Shown here piece by piece: positions 42,001 through 56,596 of a stretch of 64,000 nucleotides of DNA; the first letter of the stretch is position 1; each line of letters begins with the position of its first letter. Position numbers and translations under genes: made by a program. The notes beneath the pieces were generated by a model. That model ran no database searches, was not told the origin of the DNA, and was given only the letters and a program-made list of their open reading frames with translations. This DNA comes from Leucoraja erinacea. Its lineage: Eukaryota. The stretch lies in the NCBI RefSeq assembly GCF_028641065.1, contig NC_073415.1, forward strand, positions 434,001 to 498,000, read 5' to 3'.

Positions 42001-45000
42001 GGTGGGTGGAGTCGCTGTAATGATCTTATCTCCAACCCGTGACTCTGATCAGCTGGGAGGGCCGGGGGGCACCACCGCCTACAGGTTCCCCACCGTGACA
42101 CGCTGACTGGGGGAAACCCTATAGGGTGATTTCACGAAAGGTCACTGGAGCGTAGATCCGCACCCACGTGACCGAAAATCTCAACTGGAGTACATGCTAT
42201 ACATCCGGTACATGTTAGTGAACGGGAAAACACGCACTTTCCCACCCGTTAAAAACATCGAAAACGGCCAGTTTTTGAGCTGCAATTTACTGTGCCAGTC
42301 GGGGTGACCGTGAGGTCAATAATGCCTTACTTTTGATGAAATTCAACGAGCAAACGCGATATTTCCCGATATTTAAATCTCCACGGCAATGTCCGCTGTT
42401 CACTTCCGCTGGATTGGCACCTTCAGCTCCCTCTTTAATTTACCTTAGTTTCTATCTTTTTTTTGGACTGTAAATCTAGGTAGCTGTGCCTCACGGTCAC
42501 CCCGACTGGCACAGTAAATTGCAGCTCAAAAACTGGCCGTTTTCGATGTTTTTAACGGGTGGGAAAGTGCGTGTTTTCCCATCCACTAACATGTACCGAT
42601 GTATAGCATGTACTCCAGTTGAGATTTTCGGTCACGTGGGTGCGGATCTACGCTCCAGTGACCTTTCGTGAAATCACCCTATAGTTCCCTTTTCGTCTTT
42701 AGATTTAGAGATACACAGCGCGGAAACTTGCCCTTCAGCCCACCGAGTCTGCACCAACCAGCCATCTACCATTATCCTATACACACTAGAGACAATTTAC
42801 AATTTTTACCAATACCTTTCTGAACTGCCTGTAACACAATAAGAACGCTTTATGTGCTTTCACGGTGGCGCACCGCAGGTCGGGACGTTTTTTCCAGCCC
42901 GATAAAAAATGTCCATGACTAAAAAATAGTCGGGAGGCTGCCCCGAGTACCCACGGCTGTCAGAACGAGCCACTACGATATATCTATCTACGGACTCCTA
43001 TAGCCCGTTACGAACATCCTGCCAGTTTGAATCAAGGGGAAAACTCGGGAAAATTTGTGAATAACTCGGGAATGTGGGACGGGTCCTTTATGGGTTAAAT
43101 ATAAAGCATGCAAGGACACAATATATAAGGATATAAAGTTAACTATCATCTACAGTGAAGTGGTGGAGGATGCAATATGAGTAATGACAGTTGTAGTTAG
43201 ATATGGTCCAGGATTTGCCTCTCGCTAAAGTCTTTGTATTTTAACCCAAGCTTGCAGACCCGTTCTGCAGGTGTCCGTCCAGTACAGCCCCTCAGCGGCA
43301 CTCTTTACAGGTGATGCTGCCATAGGTACAGCCTTCACAATACAATATACAATTATACAACACAATATTTTATTCCATGTCGTTTGAACCTCAGTGAGGC
43401 TCAAACGAAACTCCGTTTCCACAGCCGTACAAACAAAGACAATTCCTACAAGACATACAAACAATTCAATTTGCACAAACATCCATCACAGTGAATCTCC
43501 TCCTCACTGTGATGGAAGGCAAAGTCTTGTCTCTCCCCTGCACCATTTCTCTCCCAATGACGAAGCCCCAGGCGGGCGATGGTAAGTCCCACGGCCATTT
43601 AAGGCCGCGCCGGGCGATGTAAGGCCCCGCTCCAGGCCCAAAGGTCACAAAGTTCCAGGCCCAAAGGTCACAAAGTTCAAGGCCCAAAAGTCAAACGGAG
43701 GTTCCCAGCAGGCGATGACTCAACCAGCACGGGTTTCACGAGGGGCTTCTCCATAGGCCTGACGGGGAGATTAATCTACAGCCCCTCCCTCAACCGCTCT
43801 GAGGCACCCCCTCCCCCCCAGGCCTGACACATTCTGCATCATCCCAACGACTCCAGTCATTCCTCACCAACAGCCATGTTAAACCCCAGGAACCTTTGGG
43901 ACAGTCAGAACGCACTCATTTCAAACAGTCAGCACTTCAAGGAGCATCAGTCCGGAGTTTGATTTGTGACAATCTTCAGGGCTGACTATTGCAACACTGT
44001 GTACAATGGCGCCGCTGCCTCACAGCGCCAGAGGCCCCCGGTTCGATCCCGACCTCGGGTGCTGTCTTTGCGGAGTTTGTACGTTCTCCATGTGAACAGG
44101 TGGGTTTTCTCTGGGTGCTCCGGTTTCCCCCCTCATCCCAAAGACGGGCGGGTTTGTAGGTTAATTAGCCCTCTGTAGATTGCCCCCAGTGTGTAGGGAG
44201 CGGATGTGAAAGTATCTTTCCACCAACACACAACTAGTGTGAACGGGTGATCGATGGTCAGCACGAGTGATCGACGGGTGATCGAGGAAACACTTTTTCT
44301 CACAGAGAGTGGTGAGTCTGTGGAATTCTCTGCCTCAGAGGGCGGTGGAGGCAGGTTCTCTGGATGCTTTCAAGAGAGAGCTAGATAGGGCTCTGAAAGA
44401 TAGCGGAGTCAGGGGATATGAGGAGAAGGCAGGAACGGGGTACTGATTGGGGATGATCAGCCATGATCACATTGAATGGCGGTGCTGGCTCGAAGGGCCA
44501 AATGGCCTACTCCTGCACCTATTGTCTATTGTCTATTGTCAGCATGGACGCATTGGGCTGAAGGGCCTGTTTCCATGCTGTATCTCTAAAGTCTAAACGG
44601 TCCTGACCCGAAATGTCATCTATCCATGTTCTCCGGAGATGCTGCCTGACCCGCTGAGCTACTCCAGCACTCTGTGTCACTTGCTGAGTGAAACTGTTTT
44701 GTTGTGCAGATCAAGAAGTGAGTTATCTCCAGGGAAGCTCAGGAATATTGTTCCCTTGGTGGGCGGAGGAGAGCAATCATGGATCCAGGGAGGATTTATT
44801 AATATGGCAAAGTGGTGAATCTCCACTGGGGCTGCTGCAGCAGCAGAGGCCATTGATACAATCATTGACAGAATAGATGGGGAAGTGAGAACAGTCAAGG
44901 GCCGATCATGGAGGAAGCACTTCACCACAACTGGCCATTGAGAAAACCACATCCACTTGAACCCTCAATGTGTCTTTATTCTTTGGAGCGCAGAAGGTTA

Positions 45001-48000
45001 AAGGGGGACTTGATAGAGGTCTTTAAAATGATGAGAGGGATAGACAGAGTTGACGTGGATAAGCTTTTTCCATTGAGAGTAGGGAAGATTCATACAAGAG
45101 GACATGATTTGAGAATTAAGGGACAGAAGTTTAGGGGTAACATGAGGGGGAACTTCTTTACTCAGAGAGTGGTAGCTGTGTGGAATGAGCTTCCAGTGGA
45201 AGTGGTGGAAGCAGGTTCGATTTTATCATTTAAAAATAAATGGATCGGTATATGGATGGGAAAGGAATGGAGGGTTATGGTCTGAGCGCAGGTAGATGGG
45301 ACTAGGGGAGAGTAATTGTTCGGCACGGACTAGAAGGGCCGAGATGGCCTGTTTCTGTGCTGTAATTGTTATATGGTTATATATGGTATTTGAAAAAATA
45401 AGAGAATATTAAATGAAACGGTGAAATGGGATGGAAAGAACCTTAGGGGCTAGCACCAGTACAGTTGCAATGGGCCAAATGGCCCCCTTCAGTGCCTGGT
45501 CCCTGTGATTTCCAATCGCCCAGGTTCTCATTACGGGAATCACGGAATGGGGGTGTGGGCAATGTTGGGAATTTAGTTCATTGTCACGTGTACCGAGGTA
45601 CAGTGAAAAGCTTTTGTTGCGTGCTAACCAGTCAGCGGAAAGACAACACATGATTACAATCGAGCCGTCCACAGTGTACAGATGGGGGTTTAAAAGAGTG
45701 CAGGGATTGTAATGCATGATTACATGACAATATGGATTGTAATTGAGATGTTCACAGTGTACTGGAGGCACGGTGGCCACCAGTGATGTCACAGCGCCAG
45801 TGATCCGGGTTCCATACTGACCAGAGGTCAAGGAAAGAGCGTTCACGTCGCGGCCCTGTCTCCACCAATCTTTCCACCGCCACGCTCAAGAAGCACAAGA
45901 TGCGACAAGACAGCCACCATTGTATGCAGATGCCGAGAATGTGTTCAACTCTGGCTGAACAACTCCTAATCTTGTGTGTGGACTCGACAAGAAGAGATCC
46001 TGATCACGTGTAGTACGTTCTCCCTGTGACCTCGTGGGTTTCCTCCGGGTGCTCCGGTTTCCTCCCACACCCCAAAGACGTGCGGATTTGCAGGTTAACT
46101 GGCCCCCTGTAAATTGCCCCCTGGTGTGTAGGGAGCGGATGAGAAAGTGGGATAACATAGACTTAGGTGATTGATGGTCGGCGTGGACTCGGTGGGCCGA
46201 AGGGCCTGTTTCCATTCTGTGTCTCTTCCTCTTCTTGTGTATGGCGTGCACAGCCTAAATTTGTAGGACAACTTGTTCTATTTAATTGTGCACGCCAGGT
46301 TGATTGCATTCGTCGAAACAGGGCGGACCATGTGAAGGTTGCAATCTTCCGCCCGGCTGTGTCTCTAAAGGGCCTGTCCCATTTACGCGACTTTTCCATC
46401 GACTGCCGGCACCTGTCATAGGTCGTCGGAGGTAGTCGAACATTTTCAACATGTTGAAAATCCAGCAGCGACCAGAAAGACACTACGACTCTTTGGGCGA
46501 CTGAGGAGACGACTCACGACCGTACAGGTGACACCCTGGCGACATGTCACGGGGTGAAGCCTGTATGGTCGTGAGAAGTCGCCCAAAGAGACGTATCGGG
46601 TTCTGGTCGCCGCTGGATTTTCAACATGTTGAAGTTGCGTAAGTGGGACAGGCCCTTTAAAGTGATAGATTCACTCCTGCGATGCAAACCTGACGTGTGT
46701 GTCTGCCCACAGGTGTTGTGCATTGGCACAGTCATGTTGATTCAAGCTGTGGAACACTCCTTACCCTGGACACCTGTACTAACCCACATGAAGGCGCAAG
46801 CAGAAGAGGGGTCGCGAGGGACAATCCCGGGCAACAATCAGGTAACGGCAAACCGGAAGTGATTGTATACACTGGAGTTTAGAAGGATGAGAGGGGATCT
46901 CATTGAAACATATAAGATTATTAAGGGTTTGGACACGGTAGAGGCAGGAAACATGTTCCCGATGTTGGGGGAGTCCAGAACCAGGGGCCACAGTTTAAGA
47001 ATCAGGGGTAGGCCATTTAGAACGGAGATGAGGAAAATCCATTTCACCCTGAGATTTGTGAGTGTGGAGGCCAATTCTCTGGATGCTTCAAAAAGAGAGT
47101 TAGATGGAGCTCTTAAAGATAGCGGAGTTGGGGGATATGGGGAGAAGGCAGGAACGGGGTACTGATTGTGGATGATCAGCCATGGTCACATTGAATGGCG
47201 GTGCTGGCTCGAAGGGCTGAATGGCCTCCTCCTGCACCTATTGGCTATTGTCTATTGTCTATTTCTCTGTGTTATGCGTTAATTAAAAGACACTGTAATA
47301 AAATGAGTGATTATTTTGTGGGTGGCACAATGATGCATCAGATAAAACTGCTGTCTCACAACAGAGTCAATCCTGACCTTGGGTACTGACTATGTGGAGT
47401 TTGCACATTCTCCCTGTGACCGTGTAGGTTTCATACGGTCATATGTGAAAGGAGCAGAATTAGGCCATTCGGCCCATCAAGTCTGCTCTGCCAGTCAAAC
47501 ATGCCTGATCTACAGTATCTAACCCCATTCTCCTGCCTTTAATCCTGAGGCTGTGACCTTTAGTCAGATTCCAGAAGTGTCGGCGCTGGTGAACGGGTGC
47601 GGCTCGCCTGCAGTCCATTTGTTTTTACTTTTTTGTGTTGTTTTTTTTCTCGTTTTGTTTAGCTAAGTGTTTGGTTTTAGGCTGTGTTTATGTGGGGGGG
47701 GGGGGGGGGGGGGGTTGACACATGGCTTGCTGTCTCTCCCTTCGGGGGAATGCGACTTTTTGGTCGTATCCCTCTTCTCTGCCTCCGTCTGCGCTGAGGC
47801 CTAATGGCGGAGCTGGCGACCTCGAGGCTCCGGAGGCAGAGCCTGTCAGGACTCGCCCTGGGCTCGCTCCCGTGAGGGCGGCCTGGCTCGGGGCTGGAAC
47901 GGCGCTCCCGTGAGGGGCTGAGACGCTCCCGTGCGGGGTGGCCCAGCTCGAGGGTAACGGCGCTCCTGTGGAGGAGGCCTGGCGCGGGGCTGAGACGCTC

Positions 48001-51000
48001 ACGTGAGGGTGACCCGGCTCGGGGCTGGAACGGTGCTCCGGTGGCTCAGACGCCATTTTGGCAGCGGCGGCCTGAGTCCGGGGACATCGTCAACAGCTGC
48101 GTCCGCTGGACTGGAGGGCGGCAGCTTCGACCACCCCGGGCCGTGGTGTTTGAACCGGCCCGTTCGCGGAGCTCGGTGAGCCGCGGGACTGATTTACCAT
48201 CACCCGGTGGGGTATCGCCTCATCGCAGAGGGAGAAGAGGAGGGAAAAGACTGCAGCCCTAAGATTTTGCCTCCATCACAGTGAGGAGGTGCTTGGTGAA
48301 CTCACTGTGGTGGATGTTAATTTGTGTTTACTGTCTGTTCTGTTGTGTATTATTGTATTATTGTATGTATGGCTGCAGGTAATGACATTTCGTTCAGACT
48401 GAAAGGTCTGAATGACAAATAAAGGATCTAATTCTAATCTAATTCTAATTCTACTCCTAGACGCTCCCACTAGTATAAACATCCTCTCCACATCCACTCT
48501 ATCCAGGCCTTTCATTATTCTGTAGGTTTCAATGAGGTGACCCCTCATCCTTCTAAACTCCAGCGAGTACAGGCCCAGTGCCGTCAAATGCTCATCATAG
48601 GTTAACCTACTCATTCCTGGGATCATTCCTGTAAACCTCCTCTGGACTCTCTCCAGAGCCGGCACATCCTTCCTCAGATATGGGGCCCAAAATGGCTCAC
48701 AATATTCCAAATGCGGCCTGATAGTCTCAGGTGTGCTCCGGGTGCTCCAGTTTCCTCCCACATGCTACACGTGCAGGTTTGTAGGTTAATTGCCCCCCTG
48801 TAAATTGCCCCTAGTGTGTAGGGTGTGGATGAGAAAGTGGAATACCATAGAACTAGTGTGAACGGGTGATCGATGGTCGGTATGGACTCGGTGGGCCGAA
48901 GGGCCTGTTTCCATGCTGTACCTTTCAATGAATCAATGACCTGGGTACCCCTGACCACATCTGCCTCCCCCAGTGTATTCCAGTGGGTTTGGAGCGAAAG
49001 CATCTCCCATTCCTTCTCTCCAGAGATGCTGCCTGACCCGCTGAGTTACTCCAGCTTTTTGTGTCTACCTTCGGTTTAAACCACCATCTATCTGCAGTTC
49101 CTTCCTACACAGTCTATTCCAGGGGTGGTGGTGGAAGCAGCCTCTGTGTAAAAAAACTCTCCCACCAGTGGGAACATCCTCTCCACATCCACTCTACACA
49201 AGCCTGTCACTATTCAGTATATATGTAAAAAACCTTGCCCCACACACAAGCTACTTCAAACACTGCCTCTCCCATCTTAAAGCGAGGCCCTCTTGTATTT
49301 GATACAGGCATCCTGGAAAAAAATGGTTCTGATTGTCTATCCTATCTGTGTCTCTCATACTTGTATTTAGTTCCATTAGATCTCCCCACAACCTCTGGTC
49401 ATAGTCACAGAGTGATACAGCGTGGGAACAGGCCCTTCGGCCCAACTTGCCCACACCGGCCAACATGTCCCAGCGACACTAGTCCCACTTGCCTGCGCTT
49501 GGTCCATATCCCTCCAAACCTGTCCTATCCATGTACCTGTCTAACCGTTTCTTAAACGTTGGGATGGTCCCAGCCTCAACTACCTCCTCTGGCAGCTTGG
49601 CCTTCCTGAGAAAACAATCCTAGTGTGTCCAACCCCTCTCTGTAGCTAAGACCCCCCCCAAATCCAAGCATCATTCTGGTAACCCTTTCAGCTCAGGATG
49701 GGGGGGAGTTCCCTCCGCCACGGGTACCATGTTGGATATTATATTTATATAATGGTATATGGACACACTGATCTGTTCTGTAGTCAATGCCTACTATGTT
49801 CTGTTGTGCTGAAGCAAAGCAAGAATTTCATTGTCCTATCAGGGACACATGACAATAAACTCTCTTGAATCTTGCTTCTTCTTGACCACGTAATCCCGCG
49901 CTACCTGATCCGTGGTCGGATAGTCGGCGACTGAACCGTCTCCCCCACCTGGTTTGCCAGGTGAGGAGGGGGCTGTGGACCCCCAGCAGGACCAAAAACA
50001 AAGAGCTGCCAAAGGGCGGATGAGCTCCTAGCGAGCCAACGGCCATCCACACTTCAGTAGAAGTTGCGATCAGTGTCGTACACGGCATTGTAAGGCACCC
50101 GTGCCCACTGATGTTTTCAACCATGATGATGATGATCAGTGGCGGACTGGGCCTAAAAATATTGGTTGCCAGGAGACAAAGGGGGCCCACTTCATCAGGG
50201 GCCCACTTGCCATTGGGCAAGCTGGCACCCTGGCCAGTCCACCACTGATGATGGTGATCCTTTGTGCCCTTTCTAAAGTCTCCATAGCCTCCCTGTAATG
50301 GGGTGACCAGAACTGCATGCAATACTCCAAATCCAGCCTCACCAAACTTCCTGACTCAATGCGGTACGATTCAATAGAACGTTATTTATCCCAGGAGGGA
50401 AATTGATCTGCAAACTGTCACGAAACACAACAAGTGAGTACAGATTCTACCCTTCACTTCCCCTGTGTTGCTCTTTACTTAAGGGCCAGTCCCACAAGCA
50501 TGTGACTGCAAGCGGCGAGCGTGACCAAACCGGAAGCGGGGGCCGCGCGGAGGTTGAGTGATCCCACACGAGTTGAGCGAAGTCCGCGGGAAGTTCGCGC
50601 GTGACGTACGGTGTCAAGACGCTGCGTACGAGGCGGTGCGTACGGCCTCAATGTGGCTGCGGGCCGGCAGGCCGTTGCCGCGCGGAATTTTTGAACACTG
50701 TCAGTTTTTCGGAGCCCCGCGCAATGTCGGGACCAGCCCCGCACAACTCCATATGGCTCCGGCGATCGAAGTGGGACCGGCCCCGCGAGGCCGTACGGCT
50801 CAAGCGATCACGTTAGGTCGCGCTTGCCGCATGGAGTCACATGCTCGTGGGACAGGCTCTTTAGTGTCTGTACAAGGGGACTGATCCTCTCTCCATCTTA
50901 CCGCAGGTTTACAGTGAATATCCACCCCACGGTGTCACCAAGCTCCCGGTCAACGGGGCACAGAGCATCGATGTGGCTGGCAATGTATCTAATGGGCAAC

Positions 51001-54000
51001 ACGATGAACACAATACTGCCCTCCTGAAGGTAGGTGGCATCAAAGCCCAGTAACAGCAGAACATCAGGAGAAAAGGACCAGGAACAGGTCAAGACCAAAG
51101 ATTATACAGGAGCTCCTCTAGGATCTTTGGTCAAGACCCTTCTGCAGACTGAGAGTCAGGGGAGAGGGAAACGGTGATGTCGAGAGATGAAGAACAATGA
51201 ATGAAAGATCTACAAAAAAATAACGCTGATAAAGGAAACAGGCCGTTAGCTGTTTGTTGGGTGAAAACCAGCACAATGAGATTGAACAAGATGACTTTGA
51301 TGCTGGTACGACTTGAATGGGGGAGGGGATGGAGGGAGAGAGGGGATACTAGGGTTACATGAAGTTAGACAAGTCAATGTTCATACCACTGGGGTATAAG
51401 CTGCCCAAGTGAAATATATTACTGCTGCTCCTCCATTTTGCGTTGGGCCTCACTCTAACAATGGAGGAGGCCCAGGACAGAAAAGTCAGTGTGGGAACGG
51501 GAAGGGGAGTTAAAGTGTTTGGCAACCGGGAGATCAGGTAGGTCCAGGCGGACTGAGCGGAGGAGTTCAGCGAAACGATCGGCCAGTCTATGTTTGGTCT
51601 CGCCGATGTATAAGAGTCCACATCTTGGATTGGGTGGGAAGGGATGAGTTAACCAGGGAGTTGCGGAGGGAAAGGTCTTTACTGAAGGCGGAAAGGATGG
51701 AGATGGAATGATGTGAGCGGTGGGGAAGGGGGTGGAGAGGAGTGGAAAGGGCTGCCTGACCCGCTGAGGTACTCCAGCTTTTTGTATCTACCTCCAGTTT
51801 AAACCAGCATCTGCATTCCTTCCTGCACAGTAGGATATCCTCACTGAGTCCAAAGGCACATACAATGGTGAGGGAATCTAAATTATAGGAGCAAGTCTAC
51901 TCCACCATTCAATCATGGCTGATCTATCTCTCCCTCCCAACCCCATCCTCCTGCCTTCTCCCCATAACCCCTGACACCCGCACTAATCAAGAATCTATCT
52001 ATCTCTGCCTTAAAAATATCCACTGACGTGGCCTCCACAGCCATCTGTGGCAATGAGTTCCACAGATTCACCACCCTGTGACTAAAGACATTTTTCCTCA
52101 TCTCCTTCCTGAAGGAACGTCCTTCAATTCTGAGGCTGTGACCTCTAGTTCTAGACTCTCCCACTAGTGGAAACATCCTCTCCACATCCGCTCTATCCAG
52201 GCCTTTCACTGTTCTGTAAGAATCAATGAGGTCCCCCCCTCATTCATCTAAACTCCAGTGAGTACAGGCCCAGTGCCGTCAGATGCTCATCATAGATTAA
52301 CCTACTCATTCCTGGGATCATTCTTGTAAACCTCCTCTGGACCCTCTCTAAAGCCAGCACATCCTTCCTCAGATATGGGGCCCAACTTGTTCACAATATT
52401 TCAAATGCGGCCTGACCAGCACCTTGTAGAGCCTCAGCGTTACATCCCTGTTTATGTATACAAGCTCTCGAGCTCTTATAACAGAGGAAACCATTCACAA
52501 ACAATATAGGGAGTTACGTTGGCACGGCGGGTAGAGCTGCTGCCTCACAGCGTCAGAGACCCGGGTTCGATCCTGACCTCAGCTGCTGTCTGTGTCTCAT
52601 TTCCACGCTCTCCCAGTGACCTCGTGGGTTTTCTCCTGGTGTTCGGGTTTCCTCCCACACCCCCAAAGACGTGCGGGTTTGTCGGTTAATCGGCCCTCTC
52701 TCTGTGTGTCGGGAGTGGATGAGAAAGTGGGATAACATATAACTAGTGTGAACGGGTGATCGATGGTCAGTGTGGACTCGGTGGGCCGAAGGGCCTGTTT
52801 CCATGCTGTATCTCTAAACTAAACTAAACAGTTGAAGGACTATACCGCATGGCAAACATCCCACACTCACTTATCCATATACCAGTGCCCACTTGTGCAA
52901 AGTCAAGACAAAAGGCATATATACCCCTGGCTGGCAGGGACTAGTGTAGACAGGGCATGTTGGCCGGTGTGGGTGAAAGGGCCTGTTTCCATGCTGTGTG
53001 TTTCCATGCTGTATGACTATGAATCCAGTAGTTCCCTACACTATTTAAATGGAGTCGTGGAGTGATACAGCACAGAAACAGGCCCTTCGGCCCAATATGT
53101 CCATGCCGTCCAAAATGCCAACCAAGATCTCAGCATAGAGTCATGGTTTGTGAGCCCTCGATCGGGATTCATGCCTGGACTGCTACACAGATTAAAACAT
53201 TACGCCCTACGCAATACGAGGTGCAAGCTGTGTACTGTCCTTGTATCTACAGCCGATCAAATGTCTGAAGAAGGGTCTGGACCTGAAACGTCACCCATTC
53301 CTTCTCTCCAGAGATGCTGCCTGTCCCGCTGAGTTACTCCAGCATTTGTGTCTGTCTTCGATCAAATGACATGTTGTATACTGTGCCATCTCTCCTTCCT
53401 TCACAGTTCTGTGTGGACTGCCGGCTGGACTGGCACTGGGAACAATGCTTACAGGCAATCTTCTCGGAATCACCTCTCCCACCTAATCCTTACCCAATAG
53501 TAGCTTCGGAATTCATAAAGGCATCCCTAAGGTAAGATATGAAACATAAATAAGGATACGTTTCAGATTCTACCAATATGTGTGTTTGACGGCACTGGGC
53601 CTGTACTCGCAGGAGTTTAGAAGAATGAGGGGGGGGACTTCATTGAAACGTACAGAATAGTGAAAGGCTTAGATAGAGTGGATGTGGAGAGGATGTTTCC
53701 ACTAGTGGGAGAGTCTACACTAGAGGTCACAGCCTCAGAATTAAAGAACGTTCTTTTATGAAGGAGACGAGGAGGAATATCTTTAGTCAGAGGGTGGTGA
53801 ATCTGTGGAATTCTTAGCCGCAGATGGCTGTGGAGGCCAAGTCAGTGGATATGTTTAAGGCAGAGATAGATAGATTCTTGATTAGTGCGGGTGTCAGGGG
53901 TTATGGGGAGAAGGCAGGAGAATGGGGTTAGGAGGGAGAGATAAATCAGCCATGATTGAATGGCGGAGTAGACTTGATGGGCCGAATGGCCTAATTCTGC

Positions 54001-56561
54001 TCCTATCAGTTATACTATGATCTTATTAACTTTGTCCTGGTCCGCCAAGATCTGCTGGATCTCCCAGTTGCCAAACACTTCCCATTCCCACACTGACCTT
54101 TCTGTCCTGGGCCTCCTCCACCAACAGAGTGAGACCACACACAAACTGGAGGTCTCGTGTTCGGCTTGGGTAGCTCACAACCTCGACGGTCTGAACATTG
54201 ACTTCTCCAATTTCAGGTAACAGCCCCTTTATCCCCCTCCCTCTCCCTTGCCCCCTCACCCTAGTGCACACACATTTCTCCCAACCTGCTCACCCTGCCC
54301 CAACAACGTGTGTCCCAGGCCTCTGTGGACATTTTATCACACAACAAATGACAGATGATGAGGATATTTACAGGCAACGCCGTATGATGTATGCACAAGC
54401 AGACATTCTCTTAGGCAAGAGAAGCTGGAGAAACTCAGCGGGTGCAGCAGCATCTATGGAGCGAAGGAAATAGGCAACGTTTCGGGACGAAACGTTGCCT
54501 ATTTCCTTCGCTCCATAGATGCTGCTGCACCCTCTGAGTTTCTCCAGCACTGTTGTCTACCTTTCCAGCATCTGCAGTTCCTTCTTAAACACCCGGGTTC
54601 CATCCTGACTACGGAGTACTGTCTATGTGGAGTTTGCACGTTCTCCCCGTGACGTTTCGGGCCGAAACCCTTCTTCAGACTTTTGTCTACCTTCGATTTT
54701 CCAGCATCTGCAGTTCCTTCTTAAACAAATTCTCTTACGCAAGTTTAGTGCGTGTACAGATGGATTTTTTTGGCGACTGTCGGCATCATTGACTGACGTA
54801 ACACATCACCGAAAGGTCGCGGCGTGATGCGGCGGTGATGACGTATTGACGCGCGGCGTTTCCTCAAGTGTCGCACATTTTTTTTGTCGCTGCTGGATTG
54901 TGAAATGTTCAAAATCTTTGGCAAACCCTGGTACGTCAGTCAACGACTCCGGCAGTCGCCGAAAAAACTGGCAAGTAGTTTGACCACAGGTGTGCAGTAT
55001 AGAGTGGTGTACAATATGCTCTGAACATAGACATCTTCACTCCATCTGTACACGCACTAAACTTGCGTAAGCGAATGTTTACTTGGGCATACATCACATG
55101 GCATTGCCTATAAGTATCCTCATCATCTGTCATTTGTTTTGTGATAAAATGTTCTTGACAGAGACTTAAGGCCCTGTCCCACTTTCCCGAGTTACTCACG
55201 AATTCTCCTGAGTTTTCCCCTTGATTCAAACTCGGAGAATGTCCGTAGCGAGTCCGTAGGGGTCCGTAGATATTTTGTAGCGGCTTGTAATGCCAGCCGT
55301 AGGTACACGGGGCATTAGGTAAGTCGGGACGTTTTTTCAGCATGATGAAAAATGTCCACGAGTAAAACAACATAGCTCCGAGTACCCACGGCGGGCATCT
55401 CCGAGTTTGAATCAAGGGGAAACGGGAGAATTTGTGAGTAACTCGGGAAAGTGGGACAGGGCCTTAAGTCTCCTGTCAAGAACATTTTATCACAAAACAA
55501 ATGACAGATGATGAGGATATTTATAGGCAATGCCATGTGATGCCATGTGACAGGGGTTTAAAGTAGCCATGAGAATATTACTGAAGAGACCTAGATGGTA
55601 TATATCAGCCATGATCATATTGAATGGCGGTGCAGGCTCGAAGGGCCGAATGACCTACTCCTGCACCTATTTTCTATGTTTCTGTTTCTATGTATAGTGC
55701 AAGTGAAATGGTTGTGGCTACAGGAATCAATACTTTACAAACTGTCTAAAGAAATTTTATGTATAAATTTATTTGCCAGATTAATGATTCTAAAAATGAA
55801 ATCATCTTGACCTTATCAAACATAAGGTTTAGCATGACACGCTACCAATCCCAGCAGTGGAGACATTGGTATAGTTGGCTCGTTGTCGGACACTGATTCT
55901 TTTTATTCTAGATCTTAAACCATGCTTTTGTATATAGTTTACTGTGTTATTTTATGCAATTTATTCTATGTAAAGCCTTGTCTTTTATCTGACCTTGAGT
56001 CTGTAATAAAGTAAGAAAACTTGCCCCAGTCATCTCCGTTAACCTTTGGCCCTCTTGCCTTAAACATAGAAACATAGAAACTAGGTGCAGGAGTAGGCCA
56101 TTCGGCCCTTCGAGCCTGCACCGCCATTCAATATGATCATGGCTGATCATCCAACTCAGTATCCCGTACCTGCCTTCTCTCCATACCCTCTGATCCCCTT
56201 AGCCACAAGAGCCACATCTAACTCCCTCTTAAATATAGTCAATGAACTGGTCTCGACTACCCTCTAGATATGCCCTCAATCCCACAACATTTCCTTTCTT
56301 TCTTTTTAAATCTTTTTATTTGTTTTTTTTCCAAAAAAGCAAAAATAAAACATAAAAAACAGAGCAAAAAGAATAATGATAAACATAACAATGATACTGA
56401 TACATGGGGATCAGGATTACATTAATAACAGGTATAACCTAAATATGAGACCAGTGTCAAAATACACATTGAATATAGACCTCCCGGTCTCTATGTAAAT
56501 ATAATTAAATCTTTAAAAGGAAACTTATAAATGTAAAAAAAACCCACAAAGATAAAAAGGA

Positions 56562-56596
<35 letters not shown>

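Noticed and set aside
43271-44876. Possible extra exons at 43271-43325 and from 44711
   Set aside because: Plausible acceptors, but exons 41807 and 46713 already join in phase and there is no other support.
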